Source: Candidatus Zixiibacteriota bacterium (lineage in GTDB: Bacteria > Zixibacteria > MSB-5A5 > WJJR01). Taken from it: a stretch of 64,000 nt of DNA. The notes below the pieces were generated by a model, which was given only the letters and a program-made list of their open reading frames with translations, was not told where the DNA came from and searched no databases. Shown here piece by piece: positions 28,297-37,374 of the stretch (position 1 is its first letter; the number at the start of each line of letters is the position of its first letter). The stretch is taken from the NCBI GenBank assembly GCA_040752075.1, contig JBFMFQ010000001.1:342-64341 (forward strand), written 5' to 3'. The position numbers and the translations under genes are program-made.

Positions 28297-29697
28297 TTGA
28301 TTCGTCCTATGCCTGTACGCAAAGTCCATCTGAAGACTCTCGGCTGCCCCAAAAACGAGGTTGATGGCTCCGTTCTGGAACGCCACCTCCGGGCCGCCGG
28401 ATATGTCTTTGTGGACTCACCGGACGAGGCGGAAGTTGAAATAATCAATACCTGCGGTTTTATCGAGGCGACCAAGCTCGAATCCCTCGAGGCGATCTGG
28501 GAGGCCATCGACCGCAAAACCGCCCTCCCGGAGGGCGCCAAGCAACTGGTCGTGACCGGCTGTCTCGCCCAGCGCTACGGCCCGCAACTGAAGGATGAGA
28601 TTGCCGGCATCGACTCGATCATCGGTTTCGACCGGCCCGATCTTGTCATGAAGGCATTGGACAGTTTCGGACAGGCCCCTCCGGCCTGCTGGGTCGAAAA
28701 GCCGGGACGGGAATTCCGCGACGACGCGGTACTCCAAGCCTGGCCTATCGGAACTCCGACGCCCCTTTCGGCCTACATCAAGGTTGCAGACGGTTGCGAC
28801 AATGCCTGTCGTTTCTGCGCAATCCCCCTGATCCGGGGGAGTATGAGATCCCGGTCATTGGACTCTATTGTCGCCGAGGTGTCACTACTGGCCGAGCATG
28901 GAACGCGGGAAGTCATTCTGGTAGCGCAGGATACGACCTCCTGGGGGATCGACTTGCCAGGCCAACCGGATCTGGCAGACCTCTTGCAATCTCTTGACCA
29001 GATCGGTCGGGATTTCTGGATTCGGATCATGTACGCCCATCCGGCATTTCTCACGGACCGTCAGATCGAAGCGATTGCCATGAGTCCAAAGGTGGTGCCA
29101 TACATCGACATGCCGTTGCAGCACATCTCCGATCGCATGCTTGGGATCATGAATCGTCACACCACCAAGGCGGCGACTCAGGAAAAGATCGACCGGCTTC
29201 GCTCAGCCAAGCCGGGGATGGCGCTCCGCACGACATTCATTGTTGGTCACCCCGGGGAGACCGAGGCGGACTTCGAGGAGTTGCTGGAGTTTGCCGAGTC
29301 CAACGCGTTTGAACGGATGGGCGCCTTCCCTTACTCGTCGGAGGAGGGGACTCCCGCAGCACGGATGACGGAGTTGGTACCCGACGAGGTCACACACGAA
29401 CGGATCGCGCGTCTCATGGACGCCTACGACCGCTGGTCGGCCGACCAATCGGTGGACAAGCTTGGACAGACCATTCCCTGTCTCATGGAAGGGCAGTCTG
29501 AGGGGATCTGGGAGGGCCGCACAATCCATGACGCCCCCGAAATCGATGGACGCATCACGGTGGCCGGCCCACTGCCGGGCCCGGGTGTCTATGATGTCCA
29601 GATCGAGAGCGCGGCCGGCGTCGACTTGATGGGCCGTGCGTGTCTTGCCGGGTTTTCCCCCGAGGGTGCGGAGGCATTGCTGAGGATGGCGGTATGA
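28297..29697 (+). CDS. rimO: Ribosomal protein S12 methylthiotransferase RimO (MiaB-family radical SAM, TRAM domain)
   Basis: N-terminal Cys triad (LGCPKN, NTCGF, TGCLAQ). rSAM CDNACRFC. C-terminal TRAM. TTG start at 28297. Alternative ATG at 28309. Confidence 0.75.
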   Translation: MIRPMPVRKVHLKTLGCPKNEVDGSVLERHLRAAGYVFVDSPDEAEVEIINTCGFIEATKLESLEAIWEAIDRKTALPEGAKQLVVTGCLAQRYGPQLKDEIAGIDSIIGFDRPDLVMKALDSFGQAPPACWVEKPGREFRDDAVLQAWPIGTPTPLSAYIKVADGCDNACRFCAIPLIRGSMRSRSLDSIVAEVSLLAEHGTREVILVAQDTTSWGIDLPGQPDLADLLQSLDQIGRDFWIRIMYAHPAFLTDRQIEAIAMSPKVVPYIDMPLQHISDRMLGIMNRHTTKAATQEKIDRLRSAKPGMALRTTFIVGHPGETEADFEELLEFAESNAFERMGAFPYSSEEGTPAARMTELVPDEVTHERIARLMDAYDRWSADQSVDKLGQTIPCLMEGQSEGIWEGRTIHDAPEIDGRITVAGPLPGPGVYDVQIESAAGVDLMGRACLAGFSPEGAEALLRMAV

Positions 29698-30392
29698 ACA
29701 TGAACGGCACCCCAGCCCCCGGGCGACGTCCGGGAGTCGTGATCGGACGTCCGATCGCGCTCATCATTGCGTTGGTCTGGGCCGCGCAAACAGTGGGGTT
29801 TGCGCTGGTCATCCGCGAGAATTCGACCCAGCAGCAGACAATCCACCGTCAGGAAGAGGAAATCCGGCGCCTCAAGGAGAGGCTCAAAGTTCTCGAGATC
29901 ATCGAAGACTACCAGACCAACATTTCCTCCGATGAGGCGGTCGAGCTCGCGCAACACATCAGCGACTGCGGCCGGATGTACGGTTTCGATCCCCTCCTCG
30001 TGTTGGCCATGATCCAGGTGGAATCGTCATTCGGAACACGCGCCGTGTCACACAAGGGCGCCTGCGGACTCATGCAGATGAAACCCTCGACCGCGCGGGC
30101 GGTCGTCACCAACCTGGGCTGGACCTGGGAGAACGACGAAGCTCTCTTCGAGCCGGTGACCAATGTCCGCCTCGGGACACAGTACCTCTTCGATCTGGTC
30201 CTCAAATTTAGGAGTGTCGAGAAGGCCATCATTGCGTACAATCACGGCGAGACCGCCGTGCGCGGCATGATCGCCGGCGGAATGAAACTGCCGCAGGCTT
30301 ATCTCGGACGAGTCCTCCGTGAATACCACCGCCTCCAGCGCCGGTACGATCCATCGCGTGTGCCGGGGTTCATTGGTCCGATCGCTCCGTAA
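29694..30392 (+). CDS. Lytic transglycosylase (SLT domain), membrane-anchored
   Basis: MIQVESSF (catalytic Glu) ... GACGLMQ ... AYNHG SLT motifs. ATGA overlap with the rimO stop. Confidence 0.75.
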   Translation: MNMNGTPAPGRRPGVVIGRPIALIIALVWAAQTVGFALVIRENSTQQQTIHRQEEEIRRLKERLKVLEIIEDYQTNISSDEAVELAQHISDCGRMYGFDPLLVLAMIQVESSFGTRAVSHKGACGLMQMKPSTARAVVTNLGWTWENDEALFEPVTNVRLGTQYLFDLVLKFRSVEKAIIAYNHGETAVRGMIAGGMKLPQAYLGRVLREYHRLQRRYDPSRVPGFIGPIAP

Positions 30393-31050
30393 AGTTTCTC
30401 TGACATTGGCCGCCATTCTCTTCTGGTTCGTGCCGGTCGGCGCGGCGGAGTTCGAACGTTATCCGTTTGCCGCCACCAAGGGGGACTCGCTTCCCGAAAT
30501 CATCACGCACGAGCAGTTTCTGCGAATGACCGTTCTATTGGCCGTGGATTCCCTCCTCGGGGAGTTCACCTTTTCCCGTCCGAAGCCAATCTGGATCGGC
30601 CCCGCTGATGGCGCCGACACCAACCGCTGGATCCATGATGCGGTGACGGCGACCCTGTTTGAGAAGGGCTATGTCATTTACGATGCCCCGCGAGGCGACA
30701 GCATGCAACGGCACTGGGAATTCCGCTACCGACTGGACCGGCTCGATCTCGCCCTGCCCGAGGTGGCCCGTCACGGATTCCTGAAACGCATCTGGGTCAA
30801 GCGCATCTCCGATGCGACCGTTCACGCCGACCTCTGGGATCGGGAAACAGGCGAGCTGATGTGGGCGGACACGGCCGAAACCCGTGTGACGGACTGGGTG
30901 CCGAAGCGCGACTTGCCGCATCTCGCGGGCGGGTCCGATCCCGTTGTCCCTCCCCCTCCGCCCCTGACCATGTCCGAGCGCCTGGCCGAACCGGTTGTCA
31001 TTACCGCCGCGGTCGGGGCGCTCACGATCCTCTTTTTCGCGGTTCGCTGA
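30319..31050 (+). CDS. Hypothetical exported protein with a C-terminal hydrophobic anchor
   Basis: ORF with N-terminal hydrophobic segment and proline-rich PPPPPLT before a terminal TM. No recognisable family. Start uncertain (overlaps the SLT gene). Confidence 0.35.
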   Translation: MNTTASSAGTIHRVCRGSLVRSLRKVSLTLAAILFWFVPVGAAEFERYPFAATKGDSLPEIITHEQFLRMTVLLAVDSLLGEFTFSRPKPIWIGPADGADTNRWIHDAVTATLFEKGYVIYDAPRGDSMQRHWEFRYRLDRLDLALPEVARHGFLKRIWVKRISDATVHADLWDRETGELMWADTAETRVTDWVPKRDLPHLAGGSDPVVPPPPPLTMSERLAEPVVITAAVGALTILFFAVR

Positions 31051-31139
31051 CCGCGCTGCCTGGCGCAACTCCCTGACAAACCCCGCGTATCCTCCTGGAA
31101 CGATGGCAACCCCGGTGTTTACAACTGTGCGGCTTTCAC

Positions 31140-31168
31140 TTGAAGGATTGACCACTGGCGCGTATGTT
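31140..31168 (+). promoter_or_regulatory. Candidate promoter TTGAAG-N17-TATGTT upstream of bamD-nadD
   Basis: Hexamers at 31140-31145 and 31163-31168 in the 145-nt intergenic region. Confidence 0.25.
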
Positions 31169-31194
31169 CACGCCGGAAAGCGAGCCACAGACCG

Positions 31195-32013
31195 GTGACC
31201 GGGCCTTCGACTCTCAAACGATTCTCATGCGCTTTACTGCTTCCGTTGCTCGGGATGGCGGTGTTCGCGTGCGCGGGCAAGACACCCCCGGTGGTGCTGA
31301 GCGCCCAGGATGGGTACACCGAAGCTCACGCGCTCTACGAAGCGGGCAAGTGGGAAAAGGCGCGCCTGGCTTTCGAACAGGTGGTCTTCAACCATCCGGG
31401 CAGTGCTCTGGTCGATTCGGCCCAGTACTTCCTCGGCATGTGCTACTTCAAGATGGAGGACCCGATCCTCGCAGCGGCCGAGTTCCAGCGGGTGCGCACC
31501 CAGTATCCGGCCAGCCCGCTGGTGGATGACGCCGACATCATGCGCTGCCGTTCGCTGCTTCTGTCCTCGCCATCGCACACCGGGCTTGATCAGGAGCCGA
31601 CGCGCGAAGCCGTCAACGAGCTCAGGTTGTTCCAGGACAATCACCCGTTCTCGGAGTTTCTGCCGGCGGCGGATTCGCTCCTGAAGGTTGCGTACGGACG
31701 GCTGTCCACGAAGGATTTCAAGACGGGAGTGCTTTACCAAAAGCTGGGCCGTTACGAGGCCGCACGCGTCTACCTTCAGGAGATGATCGACCGCTATCCG
31801 GAATCGCCTCTGGTGCCGGACGCGCTCTACCGCCTCGGCGAGGGACAGCGCCGCCAGGACTCGCTGGCAAGCGCGATTGAGTATTACGAGAAACTGATTT
31901 ACACATTCCCCGACCACGAGCGCACGGGAGACGCCCGCAAGCGCGTGGCCCGGCTGGCGCGCCAGCGCGCGGTGGAAGCGGCCGACAGCAGCGCCGACAC
32001 ATCGGGAGAATGA
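31195..32013 (+). CDS. bamD: Outer membrane protein assembly factor BamD-like lipoprotein (TPR)
   Basis: Signal plus Cys (MAVFACAG). TPR-like helical repeats. YxxGxxYF-type pattern (AQYFLGMCYFKMEDP). GTG start. Confidence 0.55.
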   Translation: MTGPSTLKRFSCALLLPLLGMAVFACAGKTPPVVLSAQDGYTEAHALYEAGKWEKARLAFEQVVFNHPGSALVDSAQYFLGMCYFKMEDPILAAAEFQRVRTQYPASPLVDDADIMRCRSLLLSSPSHTGLDQEPTREAVNELRLFQDNHPFSEFLPAADSLLKVAYGRLSTKDFKTGVLYQKLGRYEAARVYLQEMIDRYPESPLVPDALYRLGEGQRRQDSLASAIEYYEKLIYTFPDHERTGDARKRVARLARQRAVEAADSSADTSGE

Positions 32014-32017
32014 ACAA

Positions 32018-32599
32018 GTGGGCGCGCGCCGTCTCGGGATCCTCGGGGGGACCTTCGATCCGGTTCACCACGGGCACCTCCTTTTGGCGCTTCACGCCCG
32101 CGAACAACTTGCCTGCCGCGATATTCTGCTGATTCCAAACGCGCACTCCCCGTTTAAGGCGTCGGGGCCCAAGGCATCATTCAACGACCGGATGGCGATG
32201 ATCCACCTGGCCATCGAGGGGACCAGGGGGCTCGCCTGTTCCGATATCGAGGGCAAGCGCGGGGGTGTGTCCTACATGATCGACACGCTCCATGAGCTCC
32301 GCGCGCTTCATTCCCAAGCCGAGTTTGTATTGATCCTGGGAGGCGATGCCTATTGCGATCTTCCCTCATGGCGTGATTCGGCCGACATCCGGACATTGGC
32401 TCGAATCGCCGTCGTCGCCCGCGGCGGGGAATCCCCGGCGCTGGCGTCTTCTACCGATGAAGTCATCCAAATGCCGCGGTTTGACATCTCCGCGTCTGAC
32501 ATCCGCGCCCGGGTCCGGGCGGGTCGCCTGATCGACTTCCTGACGCCGGCGCCGGTCGCAAAGTACATCATCGATCACGGTCTTTATCGCACCACCTGA
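32018..32599 (+). CDS. nadD: Nicotinate-nucleotide adenylyltransferase
   Basis: GILGGTFDPVHHGH (HxGH). Around 190 aa. GTG start 5 nt after the bamD stop. Confidence 0.85.
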   Translation: MGARRLGILGGTFDPVHHGHLLLALHAREQLACRDILLIPNAHSPFKASGPKASFNDRMAMIHLAIEGTRGLACSDIEGKRGGVSYMIDTLHELRALHSQAEFVLILGGDAYCDLPSWRDSADIRTLARIAVVARGGESPALASSTDEVIQMPRFDISASDIRARVRAGRLIDFLTPAPVAKYIIDHGLYRTT

Positions 32600-32618
32600 C
32601 ATCCGCACCGGGGCGCCC

Positions 32619-32648
32619 TTGTTTTCTCTCGCGGGGGTTTGTTATAAT
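32619..32648 (+). promoter_or_regulatory. Candidate sigma70-type promoter (TTGTTT-N18-TATAAT) for the DUF2064-like gene
   Basis: Perfect TATAAT at 32643-32648 in a high-GC background. TTGTTT at 32619-32624. GAGG RBS and ATG 32667 follow. Confidence 0.4.
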
Positions 32649-32666
32649 CCGGGCGACGAGGTGCCC

Positions 32667-33425
32667 ATGCCGACCAAAGATGTCGTCATTGTTCAGATGC
32701 GCAATCCACCGGGGAAAGAAGAACCCTTCCCGGTATTGCGTGTGTTCGATGACGCGCAGATGCTCAAGTTGAAACGCGCCTTCTTCGAGGACACCATTCG
32801 CCAGGTTGCCGAGGTGCGCGGTGTGGACATCAAGCTGGCGGTTGCGCCGCCGGCGCGATTGTCCTGGGCGCAGGACGCCATCGAGAACCTGACCGCCCGG
32901 TACAACGGCCACGCCACGTACAAATCGCTCGCCGCCAGAACGGAGATCGTTCCGCAGGCGGTCGGACCGCTCGAGGAACGCACCGCGGAGAACATGCAAC
33001 GCTGTTTCGATGAGGGATACGAACGGGTCGTGCTGGTCGGGGGATTCACACCGACACTCGATCCGCAGCGCATCATCGATGCCTTCAAGCACCTGCGCTC
33101 CCATCCGCTGATTCTCGGCCCGACCATCGAAGGCGGCTGCTACCTGATCGGGCTCCGCTCCGATTGCCGGGAGGCAATCGGGCTCGTCTCGGTTGGATCG
33201 GATGTCGCCTACAAGAGATCCACCAGCGCGCTCACGGAAGCCGGGATCACGTGGCAGGAGATTGATCTCTCCTACGACGTTGGGCATCAGGAGGACTTGG
33301 AGTTCATCGTCCGCGAGATCAATCATTGCCGCTACACGGGCGATGAGGACACGGCGCTGAACACCGAGCGCGTGCTCGCCCAGTTCATCAACGAGTCGCC
33401 TGCAGAAGACCCGGCCAGCAACTGA
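32667..33425 (+). CDS. MobA-like/GT-A nucleotidyltransferase-fold protein (DUF2064/TIGR04282-like)
   Basis: N-terminal VVIVQMRNPPGK. Central VLVGGFTPTLDPQ, resembling the GxD.P block of DUF2064/MobA-like proteins. Weak, by-eye assignment. Confidence 0.4.
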   Translation: MPTKDVVIVQMRNPPGKEEPFPVLRVFDDAQMLKLKRAFFEDTIRQVAEVRGVDIKLAVAPPARLSWAQDAIENLTARYNGHATYKSLAARTEIVPQAVGPLEERTAENMQRCFDEGYERVVLVGGFTPTLDPQRIIDAFKHLRSHPLILGPTIEGGCYLIGLRSDCREAIGLVSVGSDVAYKRSTSALTEAGITWQEIDLSYDVGHQEDLEFIVREINHCRYTGDEDTALNTERVLAQFINESPAEDPASN

Positions 33426-33482
33426 TCGTTTCGCGCCGCCGCGTTCCATTCGCCGCTTTCCATCACGAATCCAGGGGGACAC

Positions 33483-34217
33483 ATGCCGACCTATTGGGAA
33501 GACCTGAATTGGGCCGAGTTCCAGAAGCGGGTGCCCGCCGATTTCCGCACCGCCATCATTCCGATCGGGACTGTGGAAGCGCACGGCGTCGGTCCGCTCG
33601 GCACCGACAACTTCATTCCCATCGATGTGGTCAATCAGATCGCCGATGATCTGGCGGCGTTAATCTGCCCGCCCATCCACTACGGCCAGGTCAAAGGCCT
33701 CGCCGGCATCCCGGGGGCCATCGCGGTCGACGAATCGATTTTCGCGACATACTGCGCGTCGGTCTTCGCAAGCATCGCGGAGTGGGGATTCGAACACCTG
33801 ATCGTGATCAATGGCCACGGCGGCAACACCTCTTCACTCAAAAACGCCGCCTGGGAGGTGCACGCCAAGACTGGGATCAAACTGCTCGTGGTGGACTGGT
33901 GGACCCTGGCGGGACCGGTCTGCGAGGCGGTTTACGGACAGGCGGGCGGCCACGCGGGTTGCGACGAAAACGGTTACATGCAGGCCCTCCGCCCCGAGAC
34001 CATTCACCGCGACATGATGAACGACGCCCTGATTTACAACTTCGCCCCCGGTGTTTCGGTCTATCCCTATCCCGGGACGATTCTCACCTACAAGGAAGGC
34101 CAGGGCGCGCCGGACTTCGATGACGCCAAGGCACACCGCTACCGCGAGGGCGCCATCGCCAAAGTCCGGGAATTCTGCCGCCAAACGCTCGATCAGTGGG
34201 ATGCGCTGGGCTACTGA
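33483..34217 (+). CDS. Creatininase-family amidohydrolase
   Basis: IIPIGTVEAHG and VINGHGGN motifs characteristic of creatinine amidohydrolase/MftE/ArfB family. GGGGG RBS before ATG 33483. Confidence 0.75.
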   Translation: MPTYWEDLNWAEFQKRVPADFRTAIIPIGTVEAHGVGPLGTDNFIPIDVVNQIADDLAALICPPIHYGQVKGLAGIPGAIAVDESIFATYCASVFASIAEWGFEHLIVINGHGGNTSSLKNAAWEVHAKTGIKLLVVDWWTLAGPVCEAVYGQAGGHAGCDENGYMQALRPETIHRDMMNDALIYNFAPGVSVYPYPGTILTYKEGQGAPDFDDAKAHRYREGAIAKVREFCRQTLDQWDALGY

Positions 34218-34289
34218 GATGACCCTCCGAGCGTCCAGCGGAACCGCAACGATCACGCACCCGCACTGCATAACGCACAAAAGGCAAAA

Positions 34290-34320
34290 CCCCGGCCACA
34301 ACAGCCGGGGTCACCGTTTT
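34290..34320. terminator. Hairpin terminator between convergent genes (CCCCGGC-N7-GCCGGGG, then TCACCGTTTT)
   Basis: 7-bp GC stem at 34290-34310, followed by a T-tract on the + strand. A-rich (aaaaggcaaaa) on the other side gives a U-tract on the - strand. Confidence 0.5.
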
Positions 34321-34340
34321 GGTGCGACGATGGTATCCGA

Positions 34341-35678
34341 TCAGACTCGGTAGGCGAACGTCACAAAGACACGCCGGGTTTTGTAATTCGCGAAGTATGT
34401 CCCCGGGTCCATGTCTCGCAGCTCATACCCGCCATGGACATAGGACATGTCGATCGTCATCACACGGTCGATGAGAAATCCCGCACCGAAGGTGAGGTAC
34501 TGCCGCTGGGACTCGACATACCGGTCATCGATGGGGAGCGGATCGAGAAAGTAGCCGGCGCGGACCGTCACACCTTCGTTGGGGAAAATGTACTCGGCGC
34601 CAAGGTTAACGCCGATTACTTCTCTGAGATTGTCCTTCACAAAGCGAAGTTCAGGCGAATTGTTCAGCAGATCGTCGTCATAATCGAAGTCCAACTGGGA
34701 CCAGTCGGAATACTTGAGGTCGAGCGCGGCTAGGAGATTTCCAGTGGCCCCCGAGGCCCCGATTCCGAAGGCAAAGGGGCGCGTCAGGTTGTAGAAGGAA
34801 ACCGTCTCATACGGCAACGATGGGTCGCCATCATACGGCCAGATGTACGGCGAGAAAAGCGTATCTACCGTATGGTCGTAGATGGAAAACTCTTCAGCGT
34901 CGAGATAAGTGGGTGTTTCAATTGTGACGCCGACCGAAAACGCCTGCGAGACCGTGTAGGTTAGCCCCGCCAATGCTGACACTCCGACATAGTCGATGTC
35001 AGTGTTGATGGATTCGCGTTCACTGATTGAATCGCCGAGATTCCCTTGTGCCACTCTTGCTTGCCAGTCGAAGTGGTCACTTCCAGTCAAGATGTTTAGC
35101 GTCAGCCCGGCGGCCAAGCGTGGGGAAATGTCCATCCCCGCACCGGCAGACCACTTCCACATTCCCCCGTGCTCGATCTCACTGCCGGTGTAGACGGAGT
35201 CGATTCCCGGGTAGGTTCGTTCTGAGTATGCACGGTCGAAACTGTTGAAACGGTGGACGCCTGTTGCGAACACGAGTGATCCTCGATACGTTGGGACTGG
35301 GAGCGTCAGGGACAATGAATTGATTCTCGTCTTACGGATGTCGTCTTCGGCATCTCCGGTCCTGTATCTTGAGCCGAGGCTGGTCTCATTCGACTGCCTG
35401 AAGTGGGAAACGCCGCCACGAAACTCAATGCGCCGAACTCGTGCGAGATTCGCCGGGTTATAGATCAGGGCAGAACCGTCGCGGGCCGACACGATTCCCG
35501 TGTTTCCCATCGAAGTCGAGCGTGCGTCACATCCGAAAAAGTCAGACGCAATGGCCCCTTGAAAGAGCGAGACATCTTCCACGTCCTGCGCAACAACGCT
35601 GGATGGTGAAGTGGCGGAGAACAATGTAATCGCCGCGGTGAAACGGGCTGAAATCAGCTTGAATTGCGAAAGACTCAT
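34341..35678 (-). CDS. Outer-membrane hydrophobic-compound channel, FadL/TodX family
   Basis: Signal peptide. ALIYNPANLARV (NPA hatch motif of FadL family). Amphipathic beta-strands. C-terminal FAYRV. GGAG RBS 5 nt before ATG at 35678. Confidence 0.6.
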   Translation of the reverse strand: MSLSQFKLISARFTAAITLFSATSPSSVVAQDVEDVSLFQGAIASDFFGCDARSTSMGNTGIVSARDGSALIYNPANLARVRRIEFRGGVSHFRQSNETSLGSRYRTGDAEDDIRKTRINSLSLTLPVPTYRGSLVFATGVHRFNSFDRAYSERTYPGIDSVYTGSEIEHGGMWKWSAGAGMDISPRLAAGLTLNILTGSDHFDWQARVAQGNLGDSISERESINTDIDYVGVSALAGLTYTVSQAFSVGVTIETPTYLDAEEFSIYDHTVDTLFSPYIWPYDGDPSLPYETVSFYNLTRPFAFGIGASGATGNLLAALDLKYSDWSQLDFDYDDDLLNNSPELRFVKDNLREVIGVNLGAEYIFPNEGVTVRAGYFLDPLPIDDRYVESQRQYLTFGAGFLIDRVMTIDMSYVHGGYELRDMDPGTYFANYKTRRVFVTFAYRV

Positions 35679-35685
35679 GAGGCTC

Positions 35686-36288
35686 CTATGGTTTGATCGT
35701 GCCACGTCTTGGGGCCTTCTTCCCTGGTTCAGGTTTTGGTGAGTTGGCGCCGGCAGTTGAGTCTGCGGGGTTGTTCGATGGGGTAACACGGACTTTGTCA
35801 CCTTGCGGAATCCCCGCGCCGGTTCCCGGTGTGCCGCCGCCTTTGGTGGCACCGGCGCCCGGCGCGATATACGTTCCACCTGTTGAGGGCACCGCCGGTG
35901 CCCCGCCGACGTAGGGGGGAGCCAACGAACCGCGCCGTCCGGCGCGCTCCCCTGGCTCGATGGGATTGCCGTTTTCGTCCACCCGACGGACGTCGTCGTC
36001 ATACCAGTAGTGGTCCCACCACCACGGGTACGCGTAGTAGTAACCCAGGCGCGGGTACTCGAAGTAGTAATCGGGGTACTCCCCGTAGAAGAAGCCGTAA
36101 GGGTAGGAACCGTAATCGGTGTGGCATTCCAGGCACCGGTCACGGTAATACTCCTGGTGATGCGCCGAATTCGAAGCGCCCTCCTCCGACGTGATCGGGT
36201 GCTTCAGGATGGTGTAGCATCCGACCAGCAGGAAGGCGAGCAGCATCGCCAGCGGTGCGGCCCAGCGCAGATGTACGGGTCGTGCCAT
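35686..36288 (-). CDS. Lipoprotein with extreme Tyr/Trp-rich acidic segment, CxxCH motif and Gly/Pro-rich tail
   Basis: Lipobox LLVGC. HHQEYYRDRCLECH followed by YPYGFFYGEYPDYYFEYPRLGYYYAYPWWWDHYWYDDD. Disordered G/P/T-rich C-terminus. Stop is 8 nt upstream of the FadL-like start. Confidence 0.55.
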   Translation of the reverse strand: MARPVHLRWAAPLAMLLAFLLVGCYTILKHPITSEEGASNSAHHQEYYRDRCLECHTDYGSYPYGFFYGEYPDYYFEYPRLGYYYAYPWWWDHYWYDDDVRRVDENGNPIEPGERAGRRGSLAPPYVGGAPAVPSTGGTYIAPGAGATKGGGTPGTGAGIPQGDKVRVTPSNNPADSTAGANSPKPEPGKKAPRRGTIKP

Positions 36289-36478
36289 AACGGGTGACAC
36301 CTCGTTGCCAGTTGATCCCATGGTCCCAGTTGTCCGACAGCACTGCCCTGAACGCTCAGGTTGTCCGACGCGACAACCGTTTTACGCCCAAGCCCGGCAA
36401 TGCGTTGCCTTGTATTTGGATAATCGGCAGTTCACCCCCTCGGGTGACCGCCTGCAAGTCGTTGTCGCTGGCCATCCG

Positions 36479-36518
36479 AAAAAACCCTCGGCACACCGGC
36501 AGGCCGGTGTGCCGAGGG
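36479..36518 (-). terminator. Rho-independent terminator (perfect 15-bp stem, 4-nt loop, U6) for the upstream beta-barrel gene
   Basis: CCCTCGGCACACCGG-cagg-CCGGTGTGCCGAGGG at 36485-36518, preceded on the + strand by A6 (36479-36484), giving U6 on the - strand transcript. Confidence 0.75.
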
Positions 36519-36558
36519 AATTGACAACTCTTGGGTCTAAACCGGCCGGCGGCCGTGT

Positions 36559-37374
36559 CTACAGCCTTTCGACATAGATAAGCCGCAGTTCGCGTCCGAA
36601 GGAGTCGGTGTCGCGACGGTTTTCCAAGAGGTCCTTCATGACCCCCTCGACATAGACCTGATTGAGAATCAGCCACCGAACCCCGAAGTTCAGGTACCCG
36701 CGTCCCTTCCCAAGCGAATGCGGCGTGCGATCATCGTTGAGCGCCATGTCGTATTCAGCGACCATCCCCAGGCTGTTGTCGAAGCGGACATCGCCGCCGA
36801 AGAAGAAGTTAACGTCCTTGTCATGCTTGTCTTCGCGCGAGTAGTTGATACCACCATGAATCGAGGAGGTGAACCCGGAGGTGCGGTACCCCTTCGACGC
36901 CACCGCGTAAAAGCCCTTGGACTTGATCTGGTAACGGTTCAGGGAATCGATCCAAAGGCCGAAACCCTGCTCTTCGTAGCCGACCGATATCCCCGGCCAG
37001 ACCATGTTCTCACCGAGAATCTGGAGTTTGGTGAGAAACTGCATCCGCGGGTTCCAGGTCGGATCGTTGGAGGAGATGACATCGGTCCCGCCATAGCTGA
37101 ACCCGATTTGCCAGCGGTTGGTCAGGCCGAATTGCAGGATGCCAAGGACGCCGCCGTCCGGAAACGCCCGCAGTTCGGTGTCGAAGGACCCCTTGCTCAG
37201 GGTCCCCGCCGTGGGCGCGTCGATCATTCGCCGCGGCGGCGGATTCAACTCGTCGGATGCCGGCACCTCCGGTCGCGGCGACCGGCGCCACTGCGCCGAG
37301 GCATCGGCGGAAACCAGCAGAACGACCAACATGGCGGGCACAAGCCCGCCCCAGCGTGTGATGGAAGATTGCAT
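36559..37374 (-). CDS. Hypothetical outer-membrane beta-barrel protein
   Basis: Signal peptide (LVPAMLVVLLVSADASAQ). Alternating hydrophobic beta-strand pattern rich in G/Y/F/N. GAGGGG RBS 6 nt before ATG 37374. No family recognised. Confidence 0.45.
   Translation of the reverse strand: MQSSITRWGGLVPAMLVVLLVSADASAQWRRSPRPEVPASDELNPPPRRMIDAPTAGTLSKGSFDTELRAFPDGGVLGILQFGLTNRWQIGFSYGGTDVISSNDPTWNPRMQFLTKLQILGENMVWPGISVGYEEQGFGLWIDSLNRYQIKSKGFYAVASKGYRTSGFTSSIHGGINYSREDKHDKDVNFFFGGDVRFDNSLGMVAEYDMALNDDRTPHSLGKGRGYLNFGVRWLILNQVYVEGVMKDLLENRRDTDSFGRELRLIYVERL

Noticed and set aside
35686-36288. Interpreting the CLECH motif in the aromatic-rich lipoprotein as definite proof of a c-type cytochrome.
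   Set aside because: A single CxxCH can occur by chance, and no distal Met/His ligand context can be judged by eye. Kept only as a hypothesis within the finding, not as a feature call.
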